Assembly (NCBI GenBank): GCA_023515725.1
Contig: JALDTO010000237.1
Span: 417,573 to 481,572 of the forward strand
Direction of reading: 5' to 3'
Origin: Amoeboaphelidium protococcarum X5
Taxonomy: Eukaryota; Fungi; Aphelidiomycota
DNA length: 64,000 nt
The position numbers and the translations under genes are program-made. Under the pieces are notes generated by a model. That model made no database searches and had not been told where the DNA came from. It was given only the letters and a program-made list of their open reading frames with translations. This document shows positions 13,681 to 26,152 of the stretch, one piece after another (position 1 is the first letter of the stretch; every line of letters starts with the position of its first letter).

Positions 13681-16600
13681 ATGGCACCAAAATTGTTATC
13701 TTTGGATGTGCCGGTGTATTCTGGTGACAATAATAATGCTGATGGTCTAGCGATGCATGGTGGTGTTGGTTAAAATGACATTGACAGTTTTGAAGCCAGT
13801 GGGAGTGGCGCAGCTCGCGTTGATTCCTTTTTTGAGAGTTTTGACAAGGTGGCGTTCGTAACCACGCGTGCAAACAATGCTACTAATGCTGGACAACCCA
13901 CTTCTCAGCCTAGTGTGCCTGCGTCATCTGTAGCAACTTTTTAAGGTCCTGGTAGTGCTTAGCAGACTTCTCAAGCCAATATTCCATCTACAGCTGGTGG
14001 TGGAAGTTAGATTGATGTTCAAATTTTGTTGAATGCTATTTAGGCTCTAGGGACTTAGTTGACTGGTTTTGATGCGCGTTTGTCATCTATTGAGGCTTCT
14101 TCATAGGCTTCTTAGTCAAGTAGTACTAGTAGTCCTCCCCTGAGCGCTGGTGTACAATCTGCTTAGACTCCGGCGGTGATATCATCCGCCTAAAGAAGTG
14201 ACAAGTTGAAACTTGGTGATTATCCTCGACTAAATTTACCCTCAGTGAAAGAGAGTGAGCAAGATTTAGTTGATGCATTGGCTGTTTTAAACTGGTTAGA
14301 CACCATAGACAGTCTGATGGTAAATGGTTTAACCTCTGCATCATCTGTGGTAAGCTTCTTGCCGATCTTATTGGAAGATAGAGCAAGAGATTTTTATAAC
14401 TAGATCAAGAACAGCAGTGGTAATATTTCATTCTTAACCTTCAAGAATTATCTTTTGTAGTCATTTGTTGGTCCGCCAATCGTAAGATCAGCTAGAAGTA
14501 AGTTAGCTCTCCTTATGCAGGCTGAGAATTAGACGTGTCTTGAGTATTTTGACTAAGTGTGTTCTCTATCGCGTTTGATTGGTATGGGACATTTTTCAGC
14601 GGATATGGCTATTATCAAGTTCAAGGAGACGATTAATATCAAGTATTTAGCGTCCGTTAATCCTTTACTGCCTGTGGCAAGCTCTTTGGTTGATGCGAGA
14701 GCTGTCTTGTAGTAGATTGATTTATCCTTCAAAAGCTAATATCAGGAAGCAAATGGTCAGTTTGCTGCGGGTTTCAGACAAAGTAGTAGCAATAAGAAGA
14801 GTAACTCGCAATCATGGAACCCGAAGTATAAAGTAAGTAAAGAACAGATGATAAAGTTCTTGAAAGCTCGTGATAAGAATGAGTTTCCTCATTGGGGTCA
14901 AAAGCACGTCTGTTGGCATTGTGGCAACAAAAGTCATGAAATTATTAATTGTTGGGAACTACAGAAGCTTGCTGCGGATTCTTGTTTCATAGTAACTGAG
15001 ACTGAAGACTAACTCGACAATGCCTTGCAATATCTGGAGTAAGATAGTGATTCTGATGGTGAAGTTGAGTAGGTACATGGTACTTATCTCTCCGATCGTT
15101 ATCAAAGTAGTTTTTTGTAGTATGGCGAGATTAAGACACTACATAAGAAGCATTTGGGGTCTATGAAGGCAGATTTGACATAAAGTGGGCGCTGTTATAA
15201 TCGTCCCGCAATGACTGTTGGTTTCATCAACTCGATTGAAGTCAAAGTTTGCATCGACTCTGGAGCTTCTGGGGCTCTGATTTCTGCTCGTGATGCGCAA
15301 CGTTGTGGCCTATAGATATAAATCACTTAGTCAACTCCTGTGAAGGGTATTGGAGATACTGTTTGCATGGGAGAGGTGGTAGCCTCACTGACACTATGCA
15401 CTATTTCTGGTTAAAAAGTTGAATTAGCTGTGAAATTTGATGTAGTTGAGGCTGATATCCCTCTTTTACTAGGAAATGTCGTACATTCTTAGCTAAGTGG
15501 AGTGATCGATCTGGCAAATAATATCTATACATGTACTGTAAACGGAGATTAAGTCAGCGTTCCTTTCATGCCAACATCATCTAGTCAAAATGCGTATGCC
15601 ACTTGTGACTTTTCTGATTGGGCCTTAATAGCGTGTAAAATGGTGGAAGATCATCAGATTGAGATCTGTACCAAGATGGAGATATTACCTGCTCGCATTG
15701 TAGAGCTCTAAGTCAGTGGAGTGAAAGATGGCTCTGCGAAAGTGTGTATCCCGTAGTCTTTGAGATAGAAGATTCTCCAAGAAGCACATGATAGTAAATT
15801 CAGTGCACATACAGGAGTTCACAAGATGTTTAAGACATTAATTAGAATTTATTATTGGAAGTCGATCGTCAAGGATATCCAATCTCATTGTGAGAAGTGT
15901 ATTAAGTGTGCTCAGATGAATTATTCTACTACGCGTCTATCAGGATAACTGACTCCTACTGGTGTGCCTCCTTCTAGGTGGCATACAATTGCTATGGATT
16001 TTACTGGACCTTTCACTCGTCCTGGTGTTCCATATCCTAAGTATGTTCTTGTTGTGGTGGATTGTCTAAGTAAGCGCTGTCACCTGATTGAGGTTGCTCA
16101 TAATGCTACCGCGAAGGAAGTGGCTGATCTCTTTGTTCTCCACATCTTTAAGTATCATGGATTACCCAAGAAGATCATAAGTGACAGAGACCCAAAATTT
16201 ACTGCTGAATTCTGGAAGTGTTTGATGAGTAATCTTGGAACGAAACTGGCTTTGTCAACTGCTCATCATCCTTAAACTGATGGCTAGTCTGAGAGATCTA
16301 TCAGAACTATTCAACAGTTGCTGCGTTGTACTTACTAAGCTGAGGCTGGAAGGGATTGGGAGATATTACTTGCTTTGGTTGAGTTCGCATATAACAATTC
16401 AGTTCATTCTTCCACTGGTTACTGTCCTTTCGAATTAGATAATGGAACATCGCCTTTAAGTCCATTATCATTCCTGTAAGCTATTTCTGTGCTGGTCACT
16501 AATAATCCAAATGTCGATGAATTCATCAATACGATCCATCTGAAGTTGGCGAGAGCGTAAGAAAATCTTCTGAATCTGAATAATGCTTTAGTGAGTAAAG

Positions 16601-17139
16601 ATCCAATCGCTAACTAGATGTTTCACCAAGGAGATTTGGTAATGGTCTCCAATGAGCTATTGAAGTAATTGGATCCTCTGGTTGCGTAGAAACTTCAGCC
16701 TAGATATTATGGACCGTTTGAAATTTTAGAAGTCGTTAGTCCCAACTCATATAAAGTGAATCTGCCTCCTCACTTCAGGCATCACAGGACTATCAATATA
16801 CAGTTTTTAAAGATGTACCAGGAGTTGTCGAGTCATTCTATACAAGTTGATGAGTGCGAAAGGCAGTATCCGGAAGCTGAAGTGATTGTCGCGTCTAGGA
16901 TGACGGCAGAGAAGAAGAAGCTATATTTGGTTAGATTCAAGAATTCAACGAAGGATGATGACACTTGGGTGTCCGAAGATTTGGTATTGAAGATTTGTCC
17001 TGAGTTGCTGGACAAGTTTATGTCATCCAACAAGTTGAAGTTTCCAAGTCTGAGAGCCTATGTTTAAAGAAGGGGGGAGATGTTAGATGTATTGACGGTT
17101 TCTCAGGTTATGAAGATTGAGTCGTTCGCCTGTGGCTGA
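13681..17139 (+). CDS. Single Gag-aspartic protease-integrase-chromodomain polyprotein (~1152 aa), no RT/RNase H
   Basis: No in-frame TGA from ATG 13681 to 17137. Zinc knuckle CWHCGNKSHEIINC, protease IDSGAS..LLG, integrase HDSKFSAH..CIKC, MDF, SDRDPKF, HPQTDGQSER, GPF, and chromodomain YLVRFK..DTWV. Confidence 0.9.
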
Positions 17140-17326
17140 TCAAGGGGTCCGCCTCTGTTGACACGGTTCTTCGGATAAGTAGTTTTTAGGATTGGAATAG
17201 TGAATTTGAATAATTGAAAATAATATTATCTGGAAATAGTGTTTTCCATGACTGACAAATATGTCCATTGGAACGGTGGTTCCCGTGTCTCTGCCAATAC
17301 TAATTGTAAAAGCAGCCCACGTAACA
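17081..17326 (+). repeat. 3' LTR
   Basis: Direct repeat of 13313-13558, preceded by the PPT. Confidence 0.95.
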
Positions 17327-17400
17327 CCGACAGGGAAAAACCAAGTGATAAACATAACTAAAGAATGATTTATTTGCGATTACATTCTTCTTCTGTGAAA

Positions 17401-18825
17401 ATGTTCGTCTCCGTTTCTAGGCTCATCTGGCGCACTAACACCGCTGCTGTAAAGAGTCAGGCATCATCGGCATGGTTCAATAATACTGAACGGACGCTGT
17501 AAAATATTATTGCACCCCTGGTGTCGTCTTAGGCTTTGCTGTTCAGTCAGTTGGCCAAGAAGCCGAATGTTGTGAAAGAGCATGATCCTAATGATGTTAA
17601 TAACAGTAACAATGAGAGAAAGCAAAAGAACCCATCATTCACACCTGATCGACACTATCAAGCGACCAAGCATCCAATAGTCTTATGCCATGGCCTATTT
17701 GGCTATGATAGAATTGGGCCGATTAATTATTGGACTGGTATAAGTGATGTATTGGAGTCACAGGGTGCCAAAGTGTACGTAGCGAGAGTATCTGCTGTTG
17801 GCGGCATTGAGCAGAGGGCCATTGAATTGGAAAAGTTTTTAGAGTAAAATCTGGCTGGTCAAGATGTCAATCTGGTGTGTCACTCTATGGGAGGTTTGGA
17901 TGCTCGACATCTTATAGCGCACCTAAAGAATCATACATTCAAAGTTCGATCTCTGGTCACATTGAGTACTCCTCATCGCGGCAGTCCATTTATGGATTGG
18001 ATTAGAGATCACGTTGGTGTCGGCCTGGCAGAGGATGCACGTAAGTAGGATGTTATGGCCAAAGTTATGGCTATCCTTGATGCTCCTGCATATTATAATC
18101 TGACTACAGAGTTTTTGACGCAGAAATTTAATCCATCTACTCCGGATAATCCATATGTAAAGTATTATTCGTACGGCGCCACTATTGACAATGCTAGCTA
18201 TCTATCACCACTCAGAATTCCATGGGATATTGTAAAGGCTAAAGAGGGAGAGAATGATGGTGTTGTATCTGTTTATAGTGCTCGATGGGGGTAGTATGTG
18301 CAGACACTGAAAGCTGATCATTTTGATTTGAATCGAACCAGGAAGTTTTATGATGACTGGTCTCTACCATCATTTGATAATCATGTCTTGGGTCCACTCG
18401 TTAGCTTGGCCTCATATCTGGATCCTATAGTGAAAGCTATTCCTACTCCATCACTGTCAGTTCCATCTCCAATCTTGAATCTGTCCTAGAAGATTATCTC
18501 ATCATCATCTGGAAATAACACTAGTGTTTAACAAGTGTAATCGTAACTGTAGCAACAGCAAGATCAACACCCATACTTGAAAAGAGTTCATGGTCTACTC
18601 AATCAAATTCACGGGCCAAGCAGTTGGACAGAGTACGTGTATGGTTATGAGAATGAATCTGCCAATGCCAAAGCTGTGAATAATCAGGCCAATAATGATA
18701 ATAGGGACAAGGTTCACGATCATAACGTTGATTTACAGGGAGAGAAGTTGGCAACATAGCCTAGTTTTGATGCTCGTGTGTTCTACCTAGAGGTGATGGA
18801 ATTATTAGCCAAAGACGGATTTTGA
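17401..18825 (+). CDS. Triacylglycerol lipase, Tgl2-like alpha/beta hydrolase
   Basis: PIVLCHGLFGYD, nucleophile elbow CHSMGGLDAR, TPHRGSP, and ENDGVVSVYSARWG. Confidence 0.88.
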
Positions 18826-18943
18826 AGAGATTCATTATACACTGAATGATAATTGTTAAAAATTATAGAATGAGTTTATAGATCATTATTAAAAGTCGCT
18901 ATTATAAAAAAAATTGAATAATATTCTGGGACAGCTTTTAATC

Positions 18944-19585
18944 TCAAATAGCGGGATAAGTGCATCCTTCGTGATGGACCTTCTCCAAGATTGACTTATC
19001 ATAGCCAAGATCATCAACGATCTACAACATATTGTCGATCACACTCTAATGCACGATTGGTTCTCTTGTCATTAGCCACAAGCCACTTCCATTAAATCCG
19101 GTGCCCATCTTGCACTTGCCATTCTGACCCTTCTTCTTTGGAGGTCCACCACTGACTATCACCCACTCGTATTAATTTACTTGATCACGGTCACTGGCAG
19201 CCACAACCCAATATTCGCCTCTGATAAAAGTGGGAACTAGTTTCGGTCCAACTTTCATTCTACTTGGAGTCTACATATCCTTAATGTGACCGTGAACTTT
19301 AAAGGTCTTTAACGGACCGTCGACACTCTTCTAGTTCCAAGTGGTGGCAAGCCATAGATTAGATAATGAAGACTTTGCTGGATGTTCAGGATAAATGTGA
19401 TCGCGTATACAGTACATGCCATCACGAGGAGAGTAAATCACTACCTGCTGCATCTGCACATACCATGGATTGCGAATATACGCGTTCAGATCCAGATTGT
19501 CCAAGTATTTGATAGAGTCAGGCGGACACTTTTGAGGTGCAAACAAGCCAAAGATTTGAAATACAGTTTACAGCTGCTGGAACAT
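18944..19585 (-). CDS. Lipocalin-like protein
   Basis: LDLNAYIRNPWYVQ (SCR1-like), GEYWVVA..YEWVIVSGGPP, GLWLMTR (SCR3-like), and C-terminal GCTY. Confidence 0.65.
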
Positions 19586-20128
19586 GATTTTAAATTTACT
19601 CTGATTTCGGTAAATAGAATCAAAAGCCGCTTATGGTTCTAAACTTTTATATTGTGGAAGGCAATGCACTGATTATTTAAAGAAGGTGTGAGGAGATTTC
19701 AGGTAAATGACAGTTGAATCATTAATCGGTATTATTAAATGACACGCGGTTATGCATGGGTTTGCCGTCCGCGATTATTTGTGCATCGTTACTGAAAGTT
19801 ATCATCAAGTTGGATGATGCTACTCGCTAGAGGTTTCGTGTCTTTCCATTGAATCGGTTTGATAAACTAAAGCTGTTAATAGCGAATAACGTACCCTTAA
19901 TATTCTAATTCGACTTCAGGTGTGATGCTGCTTGCCTATGTTTAGCTCATCTTCAAGCTGGTTGGTTATTCGTCGTTGGTACTTAACAACTTCCAAATCT
20001 CCTTCTTTCTTCTTTACTCTGTCGTTTCTTTTTCCATCGTTCGATCGTTCCTTCTCGTTACCTTTTGGCTGTTCATAATACACAGCTCAGAAATTTTGAG
20101 CGTTTTTAGTGTCAAATACAAAAGGCAA

Positions 20129-21220
20129 ATGAGTCAGTAGAATTCATAGTAGAGTAATAGTGGTAGCTCCCAGTAGTCTATAGATTTAGCATTCAGACTG
20201 ATTTGTAAGAACTGTAAAAAGAATCCACCGAATATTGTTGAGGATTATCGTGCTGGTGATCTCGTGTGTGGAGATTGTGGTCTTGTATATCCAGGTCGTA
20301 TTATTGATATGCACTCTGAGTGGAGAAGTTTTAATGATGATAATGGAAATGGAGGTGATGATCCTAGTCGTATCGGGCAGGCTGAGAATCCTCTGATGGA
20401 GGGAGTGATTGACCATCTGTCCACCTCCATTAACAGATCAGTGGTGCGCAATGCAATGACTTCCTCACTGAGCCGGATGCATGGCAAAGTGAGTGGCACA
20501 GTAAAGGGTGATAAAGACATGATGGACTCTTTTAAAGTGATATCAAACCTCTGCGAAAGAGCATCACTGCCTAAAGTTGTCGCTGATAGATCAAAATAGC
20601 TATACAAAAAGATATGGGATGCCGATTTGTAGAAGAAGAAGAATAATCAACATTTAATTGCGGGATGTTTATTCATTGCCTGTAGGTAGGAAGCTGTTGG
20701 CCGGACATTTGCAGAGATTTCAAAGGTGACGCAGGTGGAAATTGGTTATTTGAAAAAGGCTGTGAATTTACTATTGAATTTCCTTAAGCAATAACACGCT
20801 GCCAGTGCCACGTCTTCATCGTCTCAATAATCTGCTCCAGGTGCGATGCAATCCTCAGAATCATAGGCTCATGTTGCTGGAGCCAGTGCAGAATTACTGG
20901 TGCCGCGACTGTGTGCCTAGTTGGGTCTTGATGCACAATTCTCATAAGCTGTGTAAATGACTGTGAAGAACATTGAGTAATAGCAGTTGCTGACTGGTCG
21001 CAATCCTAATACAATCGCCGGCTCTACAGTTCTTCTTCTGGTCAAGTTATCAGCCACTCTGCCTGAATATGATAAAGAGGAGTTGTAAACGAAATTACCA
21101 AAGATTGTGCAGCTTAGTGAGTACACCATAAGGAAGGCTTTGAAAATACTGGAGCCTGCCGCTTCATCCATCATCCCAAAATCCTTTAAAGTATTGCCCG
21201 GTGAATAAAGTACTTCATGA
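20129..21220 (+). CDS. SUA7: Transcription initiation factor IIB
   Basis: Zn ribbon CKNC..GDLVCGDCG, SEWRSF..DPSRIG, and cyclin folds (IACRQE..RTF, LTGRNP). Confidence 0.93.
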
Positions 21221-21388
21221 TGAATTATATACGCGATTAGCATTCAATATCGTAATTAAATTTGGAATTTATGAATTTTATTAATCCCTAATTGATCAGT
21301 CTGAAAATGTCTGTAATCTGGATTTATTAAAAGATAAAAAATAAAAATGTAATAATAAATCGAATATTAATATCCATTTGCATTATGA

Positions 21389-22027
21389 TCACACAATTAG
21401 GGACATGGTAGTTGCCATTACGAACAGAGCAACGCCTGCCGATGCCATAGTATTAGACGCGGTCGAGGCATACGGAATCGCCTTACAATTAGACTCTGGA
21501 TAGAAGGAACAGACATCATTAATCACGGTGGAGTTAAAATTCTCCTTGATAGAGGAGCAGCCCTTCTTTTCCAGCTTTGAGACGGCGAATTGGAAAAAGG
21601 ACTCGCAAGTGCTCTTACATGGAATCAAATCCTGAGAGTAGGTGACATTCTTGTTTCCATTACAGGTGTTCAGCTAAGAGCTCATCGTAGCATTACTAGA
21701 TGTCACGTTATAAGCGACATAGGAGGCAGTCAGGCACGAATACTCCATCAACTGATCTTGGACGCCGCTCAGATCAATATTCTCGCAGCCACTACTCAGC
21801 TCCTTTCCTCCCAACTTGACAAAGTCATTGAAGGCGGAGACATTTGCAACCATCTGATCAGCCGGCAATTTGATGGAAATGCCAAAGCGCCCACACTCCG
21901 ACTTGCTCAAATCCACACAAGCGTTAGAAGTCGGGGTGGTAGCGTTGGTGGTATTATTGTTTGCATCAACACTTGAAACGGCCATCAGAGCAGCCGCGAT
22001 GTAAGCACACAGATTAATCAGACTCAT
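21389..22027 (-). CDS. Small Cys-rich secreted, probably GPI-anchored protein (paralog 1)
   Basis: Signal peptide, CVDLSKSECG, PCKSTCES, and a hydrophobic C-terminal tail. One frame through a TAG. Confidence 0.8.
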
Positions 22028-22362
22028 TATGATACTTGGATATTCAACAGAAATGATATTAAAGAGTACAACAATACTTTTTAGTGATTAAAAATATTTA
22101 ACAGAAGAAGAGTACAATTTATCTAGGCTATAGAGCTGACCACCAGATACCACCCAAGCCTGTGATCACGCGTTGCATTCTTATGTTACACCTTGATCTG
22201 ATAGTCCTTGTTTTATATCAGTTGAGCGATAATTAGCATGTCTAGATAGAAAAAATTTGTGCAATTAAGAGTTTAGATTGATAAATTTAAGAAGGGATTG
22301 TCAATTAATATTTCATATTTAAAGGTGTCGGTGTACCGAAGCACTCAATCAGCTCACTCTCT

Positions 22363-22965
22363 TCAAATCACCAGATAACTACCAAAAGCAATCATCAAAA
22401 TTGAGACAATCCCAACCTGAGCCTAATTCAATGCAGATGATGTAAAGGTGATCGCGTTACAACCTGTAGTAGGAAGTGCCTGACAAGCCGCCGCGATAGA
22501 GGTGGAATTCAGCTTCTTGCTAATCTCAAAGCAGCCTCTCTTGGTCGCGTATTCAACAGTCGCTTTAGCGTAAGATTCGCAACTGCTTTTACACATTATC
22601 TACTCTTGTGGATACTCAGATTTGCCACCATTACACTATGCACGCGCTTCAGTCTAATTAATGTTATCAAAAGTGGTCGGTGTAAAGGTCAGGCACTAAA
22701 ATTGCAAAGCTTAATCGTTAAAATCAGATAGATCAATGTCAGGACACAACTCACCATTCTGAACTCTTGTTGCAGGACCATTGTCATCAGGCTGACCAAA
22801 TACTGCATTAAAAGTGCTGATATTAGGATAGACAGTTGTAGGTAGCTTCACATTGATTCCATACTGACCACAAACAGACTAACTCAAATCAATACAGCCA
22901 CCAGTAGCAGATACTGCAGACAACGCGATGCAGGCTCCCACAGCTATAACCAATGAAATAAACAT
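22363..22965 (-). CDS. Small Cys-rich secreted, probably GPI-anchored protein (paralog 2; missed by the ORF track)
   Basis: MFISLVIAVGACIALSAVSA, CIDLSQSVCG, MCKSSCESY, hydrophobic tail, TGA at 22363. Confidence 0.8.
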
Positions 22966-23350
22966 TCTGCAACCAAATATTAATAACTTTAGTCAACACT
23001 TTTAAAAACAAAAATGGGGCTGAAATGTCAATTTAGATCATGAGACAGCTTAAACAATCTTTAATCACATCACATGTCCCTTAATCTCAAGGCTATCTAT
23101 ACGCGTCAATTAAAACTCCGATCAGAATAGGTAATTTTGTTATACAGTATAATGATATGACTGAGATTCAAGAGCATTTTAATCAAAAGTACATTCTACT
23201 GCTAGACTGCGCGCGTGTGATGTTGTGGTTCATATTCAAAATACGTCTTGTGTCAAGCATTAAAGGAAATTTGAAAGTTGCGACAAAGATGGCTTTATAA
23301 ATTCTAACCTGTTCATCATTTTCATAACTCATCATCACGACCCAATTTCA

Positions 23351-23968
23351 TCAAATCATCAAGTAACTTACTACAGCCAAAATCACAATAGACACAACAC
23401 TAACCTTCGCCTGAGACAAGGCAGAAGAAAATGTGACAGCCTTACAGTTACTGGTTGGATACAATTTGCAAGATTCTTCAATGCTGGTGGCATTTACTGC
23501 GGTGCCCAAAGCAGAACAGCCTCTCTTCGCAGCGTAATCAACTATTGCCTTGAAGTAGGATTCGCAACTACTTTTACACATCAACAGCTCTTAAGGATAC
23601 TCTACCTTGCCACCGTTGCACTTGCTCAATGCGTCAGTTCCATTCGGTAACAGAGCAGATAAACTATATGTTAATGGAGTCAGCGTTAAACACATAAAAT
23701 GCACAGTGTTGTCCTTCAACCCGGATGGATCAAGATTTGGGCAAGGATTATCAGGAGTAGCAGTTGCATTGCTTGGAATGTCCGGCACTTCATATGGCTT
23801 GTTGAACGCAGCAATGTCCTTATACATAAGAGTAGGCAGCTTGACATTGATGCCATACTTACCACACACAGATTGACTCAAATCGAGACAATTCTCTTGG
23901 GCAGCAACTTGAAACAGAGCCATAGAGATAGCCAATGCACCAATGTTCATCATCATCATCATCATCAT
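23351..23968 (-). CDS. Small Cys-rich secreted, probably GPI-anchored protein (paralog 3)
   Basis: (ATG)7 start region, signal peptide, CLDLSQSVCG, MCKSSCESY, hydrophobic tail. Confidence 0.8.
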
Positions 23969-24383
23969 TTATGTAAAAGACACAGTCAGAGAATGTACAA
24001 TCTGATAGGAAGAAAAGAGAAGACTCTGGTATCTAGATCTTAAACCGTCCCAGAATAACTTTGCTGTTTGATACCTACTGCGCCGTTACCGAATTCTGCC
24101 GTCATAACGTGACAACGGACATTGATCACCCGCGAATCACAATCTCCCAATGAAGATCATCTTGGGTAATCGATTAGAAGATGATTGTTCATACTAAAAC
24201 TAGTGGGACTTTCACTTCAATGCCTACATCGAGTCAATTTCAGAATATAATTTATAGTATTCAATGGCTCATGCAAAACAAGTGTTCAAATCTAGTGATT
24301 CTTAAATGTCAGTTCTTCTGAGATCCTTTCGTAAATTCTCTTCTTCTTTATTGAGCGCATGTTGTTGGAGCAGCGTATTCAAA

Positions 24384-26150
24384 ATGAAAAGATCCACTCA
24401 AGACCATAATTAAAGCAGTGTATAAGACCAAGATTTAGAGGATGGTGAAATTAAGCGATAGAAAGTGGGAGACATGAAGTCTATTGCTGGTGCATATAGA
24501 CCGCCTGCATTATAGTAATAATAGCTTCAGAGTGTACCTCAAAACGCGTCGGATGATTAGTTTTAGAGAGTGCAATGGGAATCTTTGAAGAAGAGTATCA
24601 ATGGGCTCATAAACCGCGTCAATGTGGGCAATTTGAGAGATATTGTTGTGGATTTGTTCAGTATCAATGTAGTTCGTGGTCGCGGCCTTTTGTGTAAGAG
24701 CTTAATGAAGGCCCAAGTGGCCAGTCCTGTATACACTAACATTTACGCTGCTCTCATCTCCGTTATTAATTCTAAATTACCGGCCATAGGTTAACTTTTA
24801 ATCAAGCGCTTAATTTACACATTCTAGCGAGGATATTAGAGAAGCGATAAGAAGATGCTTACCACATCGCTCACGTTTTTAGCTCATTTGATCAATCAAT
24901 AGGTGGCACATGAAATTGTAGCATTGTAAATTATTGCCCTGTTATTGGAGAAGCCTACTGATGACTCGGTGGAGATGACAGTCGCTTTACTGAAGGAAGT
25001 GGGTGCCTTCCTCGTTGAAGTCAGCCCCAAAGCCTTTAATGCCACTTTTGATCAGTTGAAGGATATTCTGTATGAAGGCGCTTCGATATCTAAACGCGTC
25101 CAGTACTCGTTAGAAGTTTTATTTTAGATACGTAAGGATAGATTTAAAGAGTATCCATGCAAGATTGAAGATCTAGATTTGATTGAGGAGGAGGAGTAAA
25201 TTACTCATTTCATTGGGCTTGATGATGTTGAAGGTTCCGCTGATACAGAGGAGACTTTGGACATGTTTATGTATGATGACAACTATGCTGAGAATGAGTA
25301 ACAGTATGAGGATATTAAGAAGGAAATTCTCGGCGAAGAGGATGAAGAAGAAGATAGAGATGAGCATCAGGTGGATGATACTCTACGTTCCGATGTAGAA
25401 TAAGTGGGCAAATCCATTATATTGGATGAGTAGAACTCGTCAGTGTAGTAATAGCAAAAGAGCGAGTCAGATGTCGAACCTATGACTACTCAAGACGGTA
25501 AAGTTGTAATCTATGACAAGACTGATGCGGAGAGTGTTGCGTTGAGGAAGAAGATTTACTTAACACTGAGATCTAGTCTGGATTTTGAAGAGGCGTGTCA
25601 TAAGTTGCTTCAACTAAAGCTAAAATTAGGACAAGATTAATTGGTTTCTGCAATGGTTATAGAGTGCGCTTACCAAGAGTCTATTTATGAAAAGTTTTAT
25701 GGCCTGATAGCTGAGCGGTTGTGTAAACTGAACAGAAAGTGGTCAGACTCTTTTGCAGATCAGTTCCACCAGTACTATTCGACTATTCACAGATACGAGA
25801 CTAATCGCGTCAGGATAATCGCCAAGCTGTTCGCCCATCTCCTTCATACTGATGCTCTAGCTTGGAATGTATTGGACTAGGTGGAACTCATTGAGGAGAG
25901 CACCACCTCATCGTCAAGAATCTTTTTGAAAGTCCTGTTCCAAGAGCTCAACGAGTGTATGGGCAAGGATAAACTGAAAGAGCGACTGTTAGAAGACAGA
26001 GTAATGCGCCCACACTATAAAGGCTTGTTCCCTGATAGAGTAGTGAAAGATATGCGTTTCGCTATCAATTATTGGACTTCTATAAACTTGGGATATCTGA
26101 CGGATGAGATGAGGGATCGCGTAAAGTAATCGTCTGCTATTTAACAATGA
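24384..26150 (+). CDS. CWC22: Pre-mRNA splicing factor CWC22 (MIF4G + MA3)
   Basis: GAYRPPA, WESLKKSINGLINRVN, RGRGLLC, KFYGL, TIHRYETN, TTSSSRIF, RFAINY. Confidence 0.93.
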
Positions 26151-26152
26151 TT

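Larger units (their letters stand above)
13313..17326 (+). mobile_element. Ty3/Gypsy chromovirus-like LTR element lacking RT/RNase H (4014 bp)
   Basis: Two 246-bp LTRs (TGTTA..TAACA). TSD CCGAC at 13308-13312 and 17327-17331. PBS-like TGGCGCGTC at 13562. Polypurine tract AAAGAAGGGGGGAGA at 17066-17080. Confidence 0.95.
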
